Source of the DNA: Clostridia bacterium
Lineage (GTDB): Bacteria; Bacillota; Clostridia; RGIG6154
DNA length: 49,142 bases
Assembly (NCBI GenBank): GCA_045535635.1
Contig: JAZSLZ010000040.1
Span: forward strand, 1-49,142
Reading direction: 5' to 3'
Numbering within the stretch: the stretch's first letter is position 1; every line of letters starts with the position of its first letter. The notes beneath the pieces are model-generated. The model did no database searches, was not told the DNA's origin, and saw only the letters and a program-made list of their open reading frames with translations. The position numbers and the translations under genes are program-made. Positions 10,001 through 18,561 of the stretch are shown here, in pieces.

Positions 10001-12023
10001 CTCTATGAAGGAACTTTTTGATATAAGAATGTATTCCTCTGCACACTTTATGTTTATCAGAGATATAGATCTTTCTGCAGAATATTCTTCGCCTTCTATT
10101 TACAACAACGCAGGTCGTGGATTTACACCCATAAACAGTTTTGATGGTGTATTGGACGGAAACTCCTCAACCATCTACGCTCTTAACATTTTGTATTCTG
10201 CCAAAGGCGACGCTGCCTTTATAATCCAGAATAACGGAAATATTAAAAACCTTACAATTGCAGAATCAAAAATTGAAGGTCTTTCAAAGGCTGCCGCACT
10301 TGCTGTTTCAAACAAAGGTAAAATAGAAAATATTACATTAAGAGGCTCAAGAGTTGGTGCAAAAAGCGGTGTTTCTGCCGCATTTGTCTGCACAAACGAA
10401 GAAAGAGGCCAGATTTTAAAATGTGTTAATCTTTCCGATATTTTTGCATCGGATCTTGCAGGTGGAATTTGTGTTAATAATTACAATTACATTGCTGATT
10501 GCACAAATAACGGCGGAATTATTGCAAACAGTATCCAAAGCAATGCAATAGCAGGTGGTATATGTGCGGCAAACCATGCAACCGTGGCAAAATGCGTAAA
10601 CAACGGTAAAATTTTCTCATATTCTGATAAACAAACCGCAATAGCAGGAGGCATTATCGGAAGTGAATATCAGATAACCTCAAACTGTTATAACACAGGC
10701 AGTCTTACTGTTAAGTCTCCTGATAAATCATATAGCGGTGGTATTGCAGGTTATTGTTCAGATGCAAACATTTCAAGTTGCTACAATCTTGGTTACATTA
10801 CTGCAACAAGCAATCTTCAGTATGTTGGTTCTATTGCAGGAGGAGGACTTTCAGGAAAAATTTCAACCTGTTACTTTGATCACACACTCCCTGCAGCTGC
10901 TGGTGAACAATGCATAAGAATAAATGGCGTATTTCCTGTTTCACCTGAAGAATTAACAAACCTTTCTTCTGTTTCAGGACTTAACAAAAAATTATGGGAA
11001 ACACAAAACACAACCTACCCATTCCCACAACTTAAAACAAACCCACATAAAACCCTGCCTGACATAGAAAACATAAGAGATTTCGCAGGTGGAAACGGAA
11101 CACTTGAAAATCCGTACAAAATTATAACAAAAGAGCATTTAAACAATGTGAGAAAGCATCTTGGTTCTTCTTTTTCTCTCCTTTCTGATATTGATATGAC
11201 AGGAGAAGTCTTTTTGCCTATAGGTGATGAAATTTTCAGTTTCTTTGGTACTTTCCTTGGAAACGGACATACAATTTCAAATTTAAGTACAACTTCAGGC
11301 TTGTTCAGAGAAAACCATGGTGAAATCTATAATCTTAAGCTTGAAAACATTTCACTTTCTGCAGAAACTTCAGGTGCCATTGCCTCTGTAAACACAGGTC
11401 TTATCTACAAGTGCAGTAACACCTCATCAAGTGCCATCTCTGCACAGACTGCAGTAAGCGGTGGCATAGCAGGAATAAATAACCATAGCGGTATGATTGT
11501 TTCATCATACACAAACGGCTTCTTCGGCGGAAATGCACACTCTGCAGTTGCAGGAGGTCTTTGCGGATATAATTATGGACTTATTGCCGGTTCGTACAAC
11601 GGAATGAATCTTAATTTCTCAATTGCTTCTTCTGCACTCTTAGGCGGTATCTGCGGATACAACAGCGGAACTATTTCAGACTGCATTAACTACTGTGACC
11701 TTGGAGTTTTCAATTCCCTTTCAGCCGAAAGTAACATAGGCGGAATTGCATCAGGCAGTAACGGAAGCATAGTAAACTGTATTTCTTCTGCACAGACTCT
11801 TACAGGCAAGAAAACAGGTGCAATATGTGCTACTCTTCTTAACAAAAACATCTATAATTGTTATTATTTAAACAGCGTTAACGAGCCTTTTGCTCTTGAA
11901 AATGCAACAGGCGGCGATAACTATCAGCTTGGCTCTCCTGATTTTTATTCAGGACTGGACACTTCTACAATGTGGTATTTTAAAGAAGGCTACTTCCCCA
12001 CTTTGATAGAGACAATGTTTTAG
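7059..12023 (+). CDS. Large secreted cell-surface protein: signal peptide, three SLH domains, five repeated modules with GLUG-type (GGI[AC]G) beta-helix-like repeats
   Basis: ORF 7047-12023. I prefer the ATG at 7059 because GGAGA lies inside the first codons, giving MKKYLLSLVFIFFILCTFNVSA|YN, a classic signal peptide. SLH-like segments: TRGEFIKMINRTF, ITRQEALTIAARL, MTRKECFDLFYNVL. Repeated GxGxxxxPYxI module heads and many NNGxIxxCxN / GGI(A/C)G rungs. Confidence 0.85.
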   Translation: MKKYLLSLVFIFFILCTFNVSAYNLDVLKTEGIVVGDEGGFRESDTVTRGEFIKMINRTFAIPKDHTSVHLPDVSPSKWYYGDILTAVNYGYVKGDEQGNMNPESNITRQEALTIAARLTGYRDTFVTSFADDGYIALWAKGPAVSLAEMGLLQHDDFLRPEELMTRKECFDLFYNVLNQRFSSGDGSTLSPFVIKYPYQLSNIRLYPDKNYTLAGDIDFGLYNLSYIPADYFNGKLAGHGHKIIRLYSTQTSTNALFKATGKNAVISGITLVCPEHIFAFANENNGTISDCLNTSFFKNKELHKFSSYKGAIADINNGVIKNCGNSSFISIRDGDKASGGICGLNNGTVESCFNLANGLNSKCFAIAGENKGTLKNCYSTSSAEITDKSAENCYYTGSKVLKQGKFTSKENLSSLLPDFINSEGTFIPKTLCFTGNENFTDFSGGEGSASNPYIISNQEDFNNINNYPESYFRQEGDLVFTKPVKIEEFNGYYYGNGYTLSHLSLTETEGNCSIFETNSGTLENIRIYDGFFFSYDNSASLCHTNKGNIVNCSSYSSVTGKNCGGLVYLNEGNITNSFFEGKISASSGSGLVYTNTGSISNSYANAHIFGKQSSSLVYNNNGEIAMCLATGTLNTSETAGVVFNNTGEINRCVYNSAKNSTLINTGTADALYKDNINIIPFFNNDIWTSGKTSLTLKRNPSFIQNTKENTYSFAGGDGTASNPYIIITPMHLNNIRYFPYASFILSNDLDMSITDFKAIKEFNGNFNGNSKKISGLKNTLFIINNGTVQNLELKKSHSLTNTNNGTLISCKNSSDIKGETAYAFANENNGNIIQCLNNGKMSGNKVASIALLNNGRIIDCINTAPLMGTGENSTIFGIASGGSILRGYNTGDMYFESSFGSIYPISDASYIDAYYLNKYQSHQQGGLNYDAFNKKLFKDDIYTSTRMGYPVFESVDFSDVVFPSGYASGNGTEESPYIISSMKELFDIRMYSSAHFMFIRDIDLSAEYSSPSIYNNAGRGFTPINSFDGVLDGNSSTIYALNILYSAKGDAAFIIQNNGNIKNLTIAESKIEGLSKAAALAVSNKGKIENITLRGSRVGAKSGVSAAFVCTNEERGQILKCVNLSDIFASDLAGGICVNNYNYIADCTNNGGIIANSIQSNAIAGGICAANHATVAKCVNNGKIFSYSDKQTAIAGGIIGSEYQITSNCYNTGSLTVKSPDKSYSGGIAGYCSDANISSCYNLGYITATSNLQYVGSIAGGGLSGKISTCYFDHTLPAAAGEQCIRINGVFPVSPEELTNLSSVSGLNKKLWETQNTTYPFPQLKTNPHKTLPDIENIRDFAGGNGTLENPYKIITKEHLNNVRKHLGSSFSLLSDIDMTGEVFLPIGDEIFSFFGTFLGNGHTISNLSTTSGLFRENHGEIYNLKLENISLSAETSGAIASVNTGLIYKCSNTSSSAISAQTAVSGGIAGINNHSGMIVSSYTNGFFGGNAHSAVAGGLCGYNYGLIAGSYNGMNLNFSIASSALLGGICGYNSGTISDCINYCDLGVFNSLSAESNIGGIASGSNGSIVNCISSAQTLTGKKTGAICATLLNKNIYNCYYLNSVNEPFALENATGGDNYQLGSPDFYSGLDTSTMWYFKEGYFPTLIETMF

Positions 12024-12080
12024 TGGACATATTTAAAATTTTATGTTAAAATAAAGTATCTTTAGATATTGAGAGGTTTT

Positions 12081-12494
12081 ATGAATTACAATGCTTTAAA
12101 TGCCGAGGACACAATAGCTCTCGGTGAAGAATTCGGCAAAACATTAAAAAGCGGCGATATAGTTTGCTTAACAGGCGATTTAGGTGCAGGAAAAACCACA
12201 TTCACAAAAGGTATTGCAAAAGCACTTGAATGTATTTACGAGCCTGTCAGTCCAACCTTTAATATAGTAAACGAATATCCTGGGAATTTGCCTGTTTATC
12301 ATTTTGATTTATATCGTCTGCAATCTGTTGAGGACTTATATTCTATTGATATAGACAATTATCTCTTTTCAGGCGGTATATGTATAATAGAATGGCCTGA
12401 AATTGCATATCCGCTTCTTGAAGAATATAAATCGGTTAATATTAAGTACGACAAAAACAGCAGAATTATTGAAATAAACGAGGTTAAAAAATGA
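12081..12494 (+). CDS. tsaE: tRNA t6A37 biosynthesis ATPase TsaE
   Basis: Walker A GDLGAGKTTFTKGI. The ATG at 12081 is preferred over the track's upstream start at 12069 because the RBS GAGAGG sits 4 nt upstream. Confidence 0.9.
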   Translation: MNYNALNAEDTIALGEEFGKTLKSGDIVCLTGDLGAGKTTFTKGIAKALECIYEPVSPTFNIVNEYPGNLPVYHFDLYRLQSVEDLYSIDIDNYLFSGGICIIEWPEIAYPLLEEYKSVNIKYDKNSRIIEINEVKK

Positions 12495-13165
12495 GAACTT
12501 TAGCAACAGATACTTCTTCCAAAGCCGCAACAGTTGCGGTTACACAGGATGGTAGTCTTTCAGGTGTTTTTACCTTAAATCTTGCCACCCCGCATTCACA
12601 GATAAGTATGGTGCTTATTGAAGAGCTTTTAAACAAGCTTGGTCTTACCGCTAAAGATATTGACCTTTTTGCGGCGGCACAAGGCCCGGGTTCTTTTACA
12701 GGACTTCGTGTTGGTATTGCAACTATCAAAGGTCTTGCAGACGGAGCAAACAAACCTGCCGTAGGTGTTTCAACACTAGAAGCAATGGCTTTTAAGTTCA
12801 AGCACTTTGATGGATATGTTTGTCCTGTTTTAGATGCAAGAAGAAATCAGGTTTACTATGCTCTTTATAAAAACGGTGAAGAGGTTCTTCCACCTGATAT
12901 GTGCGATATTAATATTCTTTTATCAAAGCTTTCCTGTTTTGACAAAAGAATAATATTTACAGGCGACTGTCTTGACAAGCACAAAGATCTTATTAAACAA
13001 ACTCTTAACGAAAACGTGGTATTCCCTGCAGATATATACAACACAACTGATGCTGCCGCAGTGGCATACCTTGCAGAAAAATTATACTTAAATAAACAAA
13101 ACAAACCTATTGCTCCAGATTATTTAGTTAAAGCCTATGTGGATCAACAGGAAGGAAAGGAATAA
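12491..13165 (+). CDS. tsaB: tRNA t6A37 biosynthesis protein TsaB (YeaZ)
   Basis: 224 aa, inactive Kae1/Gcp-like ASKHA fold (LAIDTS-like TLATDTSS, GPGSFTGLRVG). ATGA overlap with tsaE. Confidence 0.9.
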   Translation: MRTLATDTSSKAATVAVTQDGSLSGVFTLNLATPHSQISMVLIEELLNKLGLTAKDIDLFAAAQGPGSFTGLRVGIATIKGLADGANKPAVGVSTLEAMAFKFKHFDGYVCPVLDARRNQVYYALYKNGEEVLPPDMCDINILLSKLSCFDKRIIFTGDCLDKHKDLIKQTLNENVVFPADIYNTTDAAAVAYLAEKLYLNKQNKPIAPDYLVKAYVDQQEGKE

Positions 13166-13170
13166 AAATT

Positions 13171-13608
13171 ATGATAGCTATCGGATCAGATCACGGCGGT
13201 TATGAGCTTAAACTTGCCATTATCAAACATCTTGAAGGAAAAGGACTTGATGTTAAAGACTTTGGTTGTTACTCCAAAGACAGTGTAAACTACCCTGACA
13301 TCGCATCTGCAGTTTGCCCTGCAATTACAAGCGGCGAAGCAGAATTCGGCATTTTGATTTGCGGAACAGGTATCGGAATTTCTATTGCCGCAAACAAACA
13401 CAAAGGCATCCGTGCAGCTCTTTGCTCCGATGCATACAGTGCAGAAAAAACAAAACAACACAACAACGCAAATGTTATCTGTATGGGTGGCAGAGTGCTT
13501 GGTGAAGACCTTGCCATTTCAATTCTTGAAGCATATATGAATGCAGAGTTTGAAGGCGGTCGTCATCAGGCGAGAATTGACCTTATTACAGATATTGAAA
13601 ATAACTAA
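13171..13608 (+). CDS. rpiB: Ribose-5-phosphate isomerase B (RpiB/LacA/LacB family)
   Basis: 145 aa. MIAIGSDHGGYELK and ICGTGIGISIAANK motifs. Confidence 0.92.
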   Translation: MIAIGSDHGGYELKLAIIKHLEGKGLDVKDFGCYSKDSVNYPDIASAVCPAITSGEAEFGILICGTGIGISIAANKHKGIRAALCSDAYSAEKTKQHNNANVICMGGRVLGEDLAISILEAYMNAEFEGGRHQARIDLITDIENN

Positions 13609-13618
13609 AGGGAGGCTT

Positions 13619-14110
13619 ATGGTTTTGAGAACAGATAAAATAAACTACTACCTCGACATCGCAGAAACAGTACTTGAAAGAGGCACATGCCTCAGAAGAA
13701 ATTTTGGTGCAATCATTGTTAAAAACGATGAAATCGTTTCAACAGGCTATGTTGGTGCACCAAGACAGAGACAAAATTGCTCTGATATGGGCTTTTGCTT
13801 AAGAGAAAAATTAAATGTTCCAAGAGGCACAAGATACGAACTTTGCAGAAGTGTTCACGCTGAAGCAAATGCAATCATCTCTGCTTCAAGAAACGAAATG
13901 ATTGGTGCAACTCTTTATCTTTGCGGTAAAGAAAAAACAACAGGCGAGATTGTTGAAAACGCAATGCCTTGTTCTATGTGCAAAAGAATGATTATAAATG
14001 CAGGTATCAACGATGTTTACATCAGAGACGATAAAGAAAATTACAGACACTATATGGTATCTGAATGGATTGAAAATGACGATTCTCTCGGCATAAAGGA
14101 AGATTATTAA
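13619..14110 (+). CDS. dCMP deaminase (ComEB-type cytidine/deoxycytidylate deaminase)
   Basis: Zinc motifs HAEANAI and PCSMCKRMI. The ATG at 13619 is preferred (RBS AGGGAGG 5 nt upstream). The longer track ORF from 13541 overlaps rpiB. Confidence 0.88.
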   Translation: MVLRTDKINYYLDIAETVLERGTCLRRNFGAIIVKNDEIVSTGYVGAPRQRQNCSDMGFCLREKLNVPRGTRYELCRSVHAEANAIISASRNEMIGATLYLCGKEKTTGEIVENAMPCSMCKRMIINAGINDVYIRDDKENYRHYMVSEWIENDDSLGIKEDY

Positions 14111-15114
14111 TGACATCTCTTGTTAAACCAACAACAGAAAATTTAAGCAAAGCCGCCAAAATTATAAACGATGGCGGTCTTGTTGCGTTCCCTACAGAAA
14201 CGGTTTACGGCCTTGGTGCAGACGGACTTAATGAGACGGCCGTTAAGAAAATCTATGTTGCAAAAGGCAGACCTTCAGACAATCCTCTTATTTTACATAT
14301 TCAGGATAAAAAAGAGGTTCTTCCCCTTGTGCTTGAAATAAACGAAACTGCAAAGAAGCTTATGGACACCTTCTGGCCCGGACCTATGACACTTGTTTTT
14401 AAAAAGAGTGCTATTGTGCCATCGGTCATTTCAGGCGGTCTTGACACAGTTGCAATAAGACTTCCTGAAAATGAAATTGCAAGAGAGCTTATTGCTCTTG
14501 CAAAGAAACCCATTGCCGCACCAAGTGCTAACACATCAGGAAAGCCAAGCCCCACAAAGGCAAGTCATGTTTTTGACGACTTAAATAATAAAATAGATAT
14601 GATTATTGATGGTGGAAGCTGTAATATAGGTCTTGAGTCAACAGTTATAGATGTAACCACTCTCTCCCCTGTTATTTTAAGACCGGGCGGAGTTACTTTT
14701 GAGGATATTTTTGAGCTTTTCCCTGATGTTTCTTACGACAAGCATTTAACACTTGATGTAATCACAGACACAGTTAAACCTAAAAGTCCCGGTATGAAAT
14801 ATAAACACTACGCCCCAAAGGGTGAGCTTTATATTTTAGACGGAAATCTTGACGAAATCAAAAGCTACATAACCGAAAATACAGACGAAAAAACTGCAGT
14901 TTTCACTTATGACAAAATAGAATTTGATTTACCTTATGTTAAATCATTAGGCGATGCAAATTCAGGCGGTAAACTGTTCTTTGATTTACTCCGTGAATGT
15001 GACGACAATGGCATAACAAAGATTTTCGCACTTATGCCAGATAAAAAAGGCGTTGGCTTTGCTCTTTACAACAGAATGTTTAAGGCAGCAGGAGGAAGAA
15101 TAATAAAATTATGA
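14110..15114 (+). CDS. tsaC: L-threonylcarbamoyladenylate synthase, long Sua5/YwlC form
   Basis: 334 aa. YrdC domain (FPTETVYGLGAD, KGRPSDNPLILH) plus a Sua5 C-terminal domain. TAATG overlap with the upstream gene. Confidence 0.9.
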   Translation: MTSLVKPTTENLSKAAKIINDGGLVAFPTETVYGLGADGLNETAVKKIYVAKGRPSDNPLILHIQDKKEVLPLVLEINETAKKLMDTFWPGPMTLVFKKSAIVPSVISGGLDTVAIRLPENEIARELIALAKKPIAAPSANTSGKPSPTKASHVFDDLNNKIDMIIDGGSCNIGLESTVIDVTTLSPVILRPGGVTFEDIFELFPDVSYDKHLTLDVITDTVKPKSPGMKYKHYAPKGELYILDGNLDEIKSYITENTDEKTAVFTYDKIEFDLPYVKSLGDANSGGKLFFDLLRECDDNGITKIFALMPDKKGVGFALYNRMFKAAGGRIIKL

Positions 15115-15560
15115 TTACCATTGAATATTTAAAACCTGAGCATCTGCCTTTCATTGAAGAAATAGACAACACCTGCCCTCACAAGCCCTGGTCATCTGTT
15201 GAAGAATTCAAAAAAGAGCTTGAAAATCCTGTTGCAAGTTATTTTGTTGCACTTATAGATGGTAAGCCTGTTGGCTATGGTGGTTACTGGTGGGTTATGT
15301 TTGAAGCAGAAATCACCAACATCGCAACTCATAAAGACTACAGAAAAATGGGAATAGCTACAAAAATATTAGAAAAAATGATCGAAAAATGTGCAAACAC
15401 AAGCACTTCCCTTTTGCATCTTGAAGTCAGAGAAAGCAACGAAGGTGCTATAAATCTCTACAAAAAAATGGGATTTGTTCAGGACGGCTTCAGAAAAAAT
15501 TATTACAAAAATAACGAAAATGCAATCCTTATGACAAAGGAGATAGAATTAATTGATTAA
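15111..15560 (+). CDS. rimI: Ribosomal-protein-alanine N-acetyltransferase RimI (GNAT)
   Basis: 149 aa GNAT ([15 protein letters not shown]). Canonical position between tsaB and tsaD. ATGA overlap. Confidence 0.85.
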   Translation: MITIEYLKPEHLPFIEEIDNTCPHKPWSSVEEFKKELENPVASYFVALIDGKPVGYGGYWWVMFEAEITNIATHKDYRKMGIATKILEKMIEKCANTSTSLLHLEVRESNEGAINLYKKMGFVQDGFRKNYYKNNENAILMTKEIELID

Positions 15561-16563
15561 AATACTTGCTATAGAAAGCTCCTGCGACGAAACTGCCGCA
15601 TCTGTTGTTGAAGACGGATGCAAAGTTTTATCAAATGTTATAAATTCGCAGGCAAACTTACATAAAAAATACGGCGGAGTTGTACCTGAAGTCGCATCAA
15701 GACTTCATATTGAAGCAATTGACTCTGTTGTTAAACAGGCACTTATCGATGCTTCCTGCACCATTGACGATATTGATGCAATTGCAGTTACCTATGCACC
15801 TGGTCTTGTTGGTTCACTTCTTGTTGGCCTTTCTTATGCAAAAGCTTATGCATTTGCCACAGGAAAACCTTTAATCGGTGTGCACCACATTGAAGGACAT
15901 ATCTGTGCCAACTACCTTATGGGACTTACCCCTCCTTTTATGTGCCTTGTTGCATCAGGAGGTCACAGCCATATTATATATGTTGAAGATTACAGAAAAT
16001 ACGAAGTTTTAGGCAAAACAAGAGACGATGCCGCAGGTGAAGCCTATGACAAGGTTGCAAGAGTTGTAGGCCTTTCCTACCCAGGCGGTCCAAGTATTGA
16101 CAAGGCGGCAAATCTGGGAACACCAAACATACCTATAACAAAGCCTAAATTCCACGAAGAAACCCTTGATTTTTCTTTCAGTGGAATAAAAACTGCAATT
16201 ATAAACTATCATCACAATATGGAGCAAAAAGGCGAAGAAATTAACGTTAATGACCTTTGTGCAAGTTTCCAAAGTACAGTTGTTGATATTTTAACAGCAA
16301 ACACCTTCAAAGCGGCAGAAATGAAAGGCGTTAAAAAGGTTTCTATTGCAGGTGGTGTTGCAGCAAATTCAGGACTTCGTGAAAGTTTTAAAAAAGAGGC
16401 AGAAAAGCGTGGTATGGAATTTATCTGTCCTGATTTTGTTTACTGCACAGATAATGCGGCTATGATTGGTGCCGCGGCGTACCACTACTATCTAAACAAC
16501 GAATTTTCAGGTATGGACTTAAATGCAATTCCATATCTTCCAATAGATTATAGTAAAAACTAA
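15553..16563 (+). CDS. tsaD: tRNA N6-adenosine threonylcarbamoyltransferase TsaD (Gcp/Kae1)
   Basis: 336 aa. [16 protein letters not shown]-terminus and the HHIEGH metal motif. TTG start behind AAGGAGA. Confidence 0.93.
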   Translation: MIKILAIESSCDETAASVVEDGCKVLSNVINSQANLHKKYGGVVPEVASRLHIEAIDSVVKQALIDASCTIDDIDAIAVTYAPGLVGSLLVGLSYAKAYAFATGKPLIGVHHIEGHICANYLMGLTPPFMCLVASGGHSHIIYVEDYRKYEVLGKTRDDAAGEAYDKVARVVGLSYPGGPSIDKAANLGTPNIPITKPKFHEETLDFSFSGIKTAIINYHHNMEQKGEEINVNDLCASFQSTVVDILTANTFKAAEMKGVKKVSIAGGVAANSGLRESFKKEAEKRGMEFICPDFVYCTDNAAMIGAAAYHYYLNNEFSGMDLNAIPYLPIDYSKN

Positions 16564-16575
16564 AGGAGTGATAAT

Positions 16576-18561
16576 ATGTCAAAAGTGTTACTTGATTACA
16601 TACTCAAAAAAGAACATCACAAATTCAGAATTGATGCTCCTGAACTTGCAAAGGAGTATAAAGAAAAAGGACTTTCTCCTATTGAGAGAATGACAGACAG
16701 ATTTGAAAGACTTTGTAAAATGGAAACACCTCTTTTTCTTCCTGATGAAAAAATCTGTTTTGTTAGAACAGTTAAAAATATTCCTGATTGCTTCACAGAA
16801 GATGAATGGGCAGAATTAAAAGATAAATATTTTATTCACGAGCTTGGTTACCTTTCAAACCTTTCTCCTGATTATGAGGATATTATTAAGTGCGGACTTC
16901 TTGCAAAAAGAGAAACTGCAAATGAATACCAAAAGCGCTCTATTGATGCTATTTTAGGTCTTGTTGAAAGATATAAAGAAGAAGCAATCAAAGAGGGTAA
17001 AACAGAAATTGCAAAGGTTTTAGACAGAGTTCCTGCTTATGGTGCAACAAGCTTTATTGAAGCACTTCAGTCTTTCAGAATTGTTCATTTTGCGCTCTGG
17101 CTTGAAGGAAACTATCATAACACAGTTGGCAGACTTGACAAATATATGTATCCATACCTTAAGGCAGATATGGAAAAAGGTCTTTATACAGAAGAAACAG
17201 CCTTAGAGCTTGTGGAAGATTTCTTCCTTTCATTTAACAAGGACTCAGACCTTTATGTTGGCGTTCAACAGGGCGATAACGGTCAAAGCTTAATGCTTGG
17301 CGGTGTTGACAAAGACGGAAATGATGTGTTTAATCTTCTTTCAAAGCTTTGTCTTAAAGCAAGTAATAACCTTCTTTTAATCGATCCTAAAATCAATTTA
17401 AGGGTTAATAAAAACACACCAATTGAAACATACATCCTTGGCAGTGAGCTTACAAAAGCAGGTCTTGGTTTCCCACAGTATTCAAATGACGATGTTGTAA
17501 TTGACGCTTTAGTTAAACTTGGATATGACAAAGAGGACGCTTGTGAATATGTTACTGCAGCTTGTTGGGAATTTATTGTTCCAAAGGTTGGTGCTGATGT
17601 GGCAAACATAGGTGCTTTAAACTTCCCTAAAGTAGTTGACAATGCTCTTCATAATCACCTTATATCATCAGAAACTTATGAAGACTTTGCGAAAAAAGTT
17701 GAAAACGAAATAAAAGCAGAATGTGATATTATCTGCTCTAATTTAAAAAATTTATGGTTTGTTCCGTCTCCTTTTATGTCAGTTATGTGTAACAATGAAA
17801 CTATCTGGGACGGTGGAAAATACAATAATTTCGGTATTCACGGAACAGGCGTTGCAACAGGTGCAGACTCACTTGCAGTTATTAAAAAATATGTCTTTGA
17901 AGAAAAGAGCATTTCAAAAGAAGAACTTATTAACGCAGTTGACACAAACTTTGAAAACGCACCTGAGCTTCTTCACAAGCTTCGCTATGAAGCACCTAAA
18001 ATGGGTAATAACATTGACTTTGTTGATGATATTGCTGTATGGCTTTTAGATACCTTTGCAGCTTCACTTGAAGGCAGAAAGAACTGCAGAGGCGGAATTT
18101 ACAGAGCAGGAACAGGTTCTGCTATGTTCTACCTTTGGCATGCAAACGAAATCGGTGCATCTCCTGACGGCAGACTTAAAAAAGAGCCATTTGGCACAAA
18201 CTTCTCTGCAAGTATTTTTGCAGACATCAAAGGTCCTCTTTCAGTTATTAAATCATTCTCAAAGCCTCACTTTGAAAATGCAATAAACGGCGGTCCTTTA
18301 ACACTTGAATTCCATAATTCAATGTTCAAAGACGAAGGCAGCGTTGAAAAGGTTGCTATGCTCGTTAAATCATTTGTTGAGCTTGGCGGACATCAGCTTC
18401 AGCTTAACGCAGTTAACCTTGAAACCTTAAAGGATGCACAGGCACACCCTGAAAAATATCAGCAGTTAGTTGTAAGAATCTGGGGTTGGAGTGCGTACTT
18501 CGTTGAGCTTGACAAAGAATATCAGGATCATGTTATGTTAAGACAGGAATACACATTATGA
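16576..18561 (+). CDS. Glycyl radical enzyme, short (661 aa) PFL2/dehydratase-like family, substrate unknown
   Basis: C-terminal glycyl-radical signature VVRIWGWSAYFVELDKEYQDHVMLR (Gly637, nt 18484-18486). Thiyl loop TAACWEF (Cys330, nt 17563-17565; Glu332). ASPDGR motif. RBS AAGGAG, only 12 nt after the tsaD stop. Confidence 0.85.
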   Translation: MSKVLLDYILKKEHHKFRIDAPELAKEYKEKGLSPIERMTDRFERLCKMETPLFLPDEKICFVRTVKNIPDCFTEDEWAELKDKYFIHELGYLSNLSPDYEDIIKCGLLAKRETANEYQKRSIDAILGLVERYKEEAIKEGKTEIAKVLDRVPAYGATSFIEALQSFRIVHFALWLEGNYHNTVGRLDKYMYPYLKADMEKGLYTEETALELVEDFFLSFNKDSDLYVGVQQGDNGQSLMLGGVDKDGNDVFNLLSKLCLKASNNLLLIDPKINLRVNKNTPIETYILGSELTKAGLGFPQYSNDDVVIDALVKLGYDKEDACEYVTAACWEFIVPKVGADVANIGALNFPKVVDNALHNHLISSETYEDFAKKVENEIKAECDIICSNLKNLWFVPSPFMSVMCNNETIWDGGKYNNFGIHGTGVATGADSLAVIKKYVFEEKSISKEELINAVDTNFENAPELLHKLRYEAPKMGNNIDFVDDIAVWLLDTFAASLEGRKNCRGGIYRAGTGSAMFYLWHANEIGASPDGRLKKEPFGTNFSASIFADIKGPLSVIKSFSKPHFENAINGGPLTLEFHNSMFKDEGSVEKVAMLVKSFVELGGHQLQLNAVNLETLKDAQAHPEKYQQLVVRIWGWSAYFVELDKEYQDHVMLRQEYTL

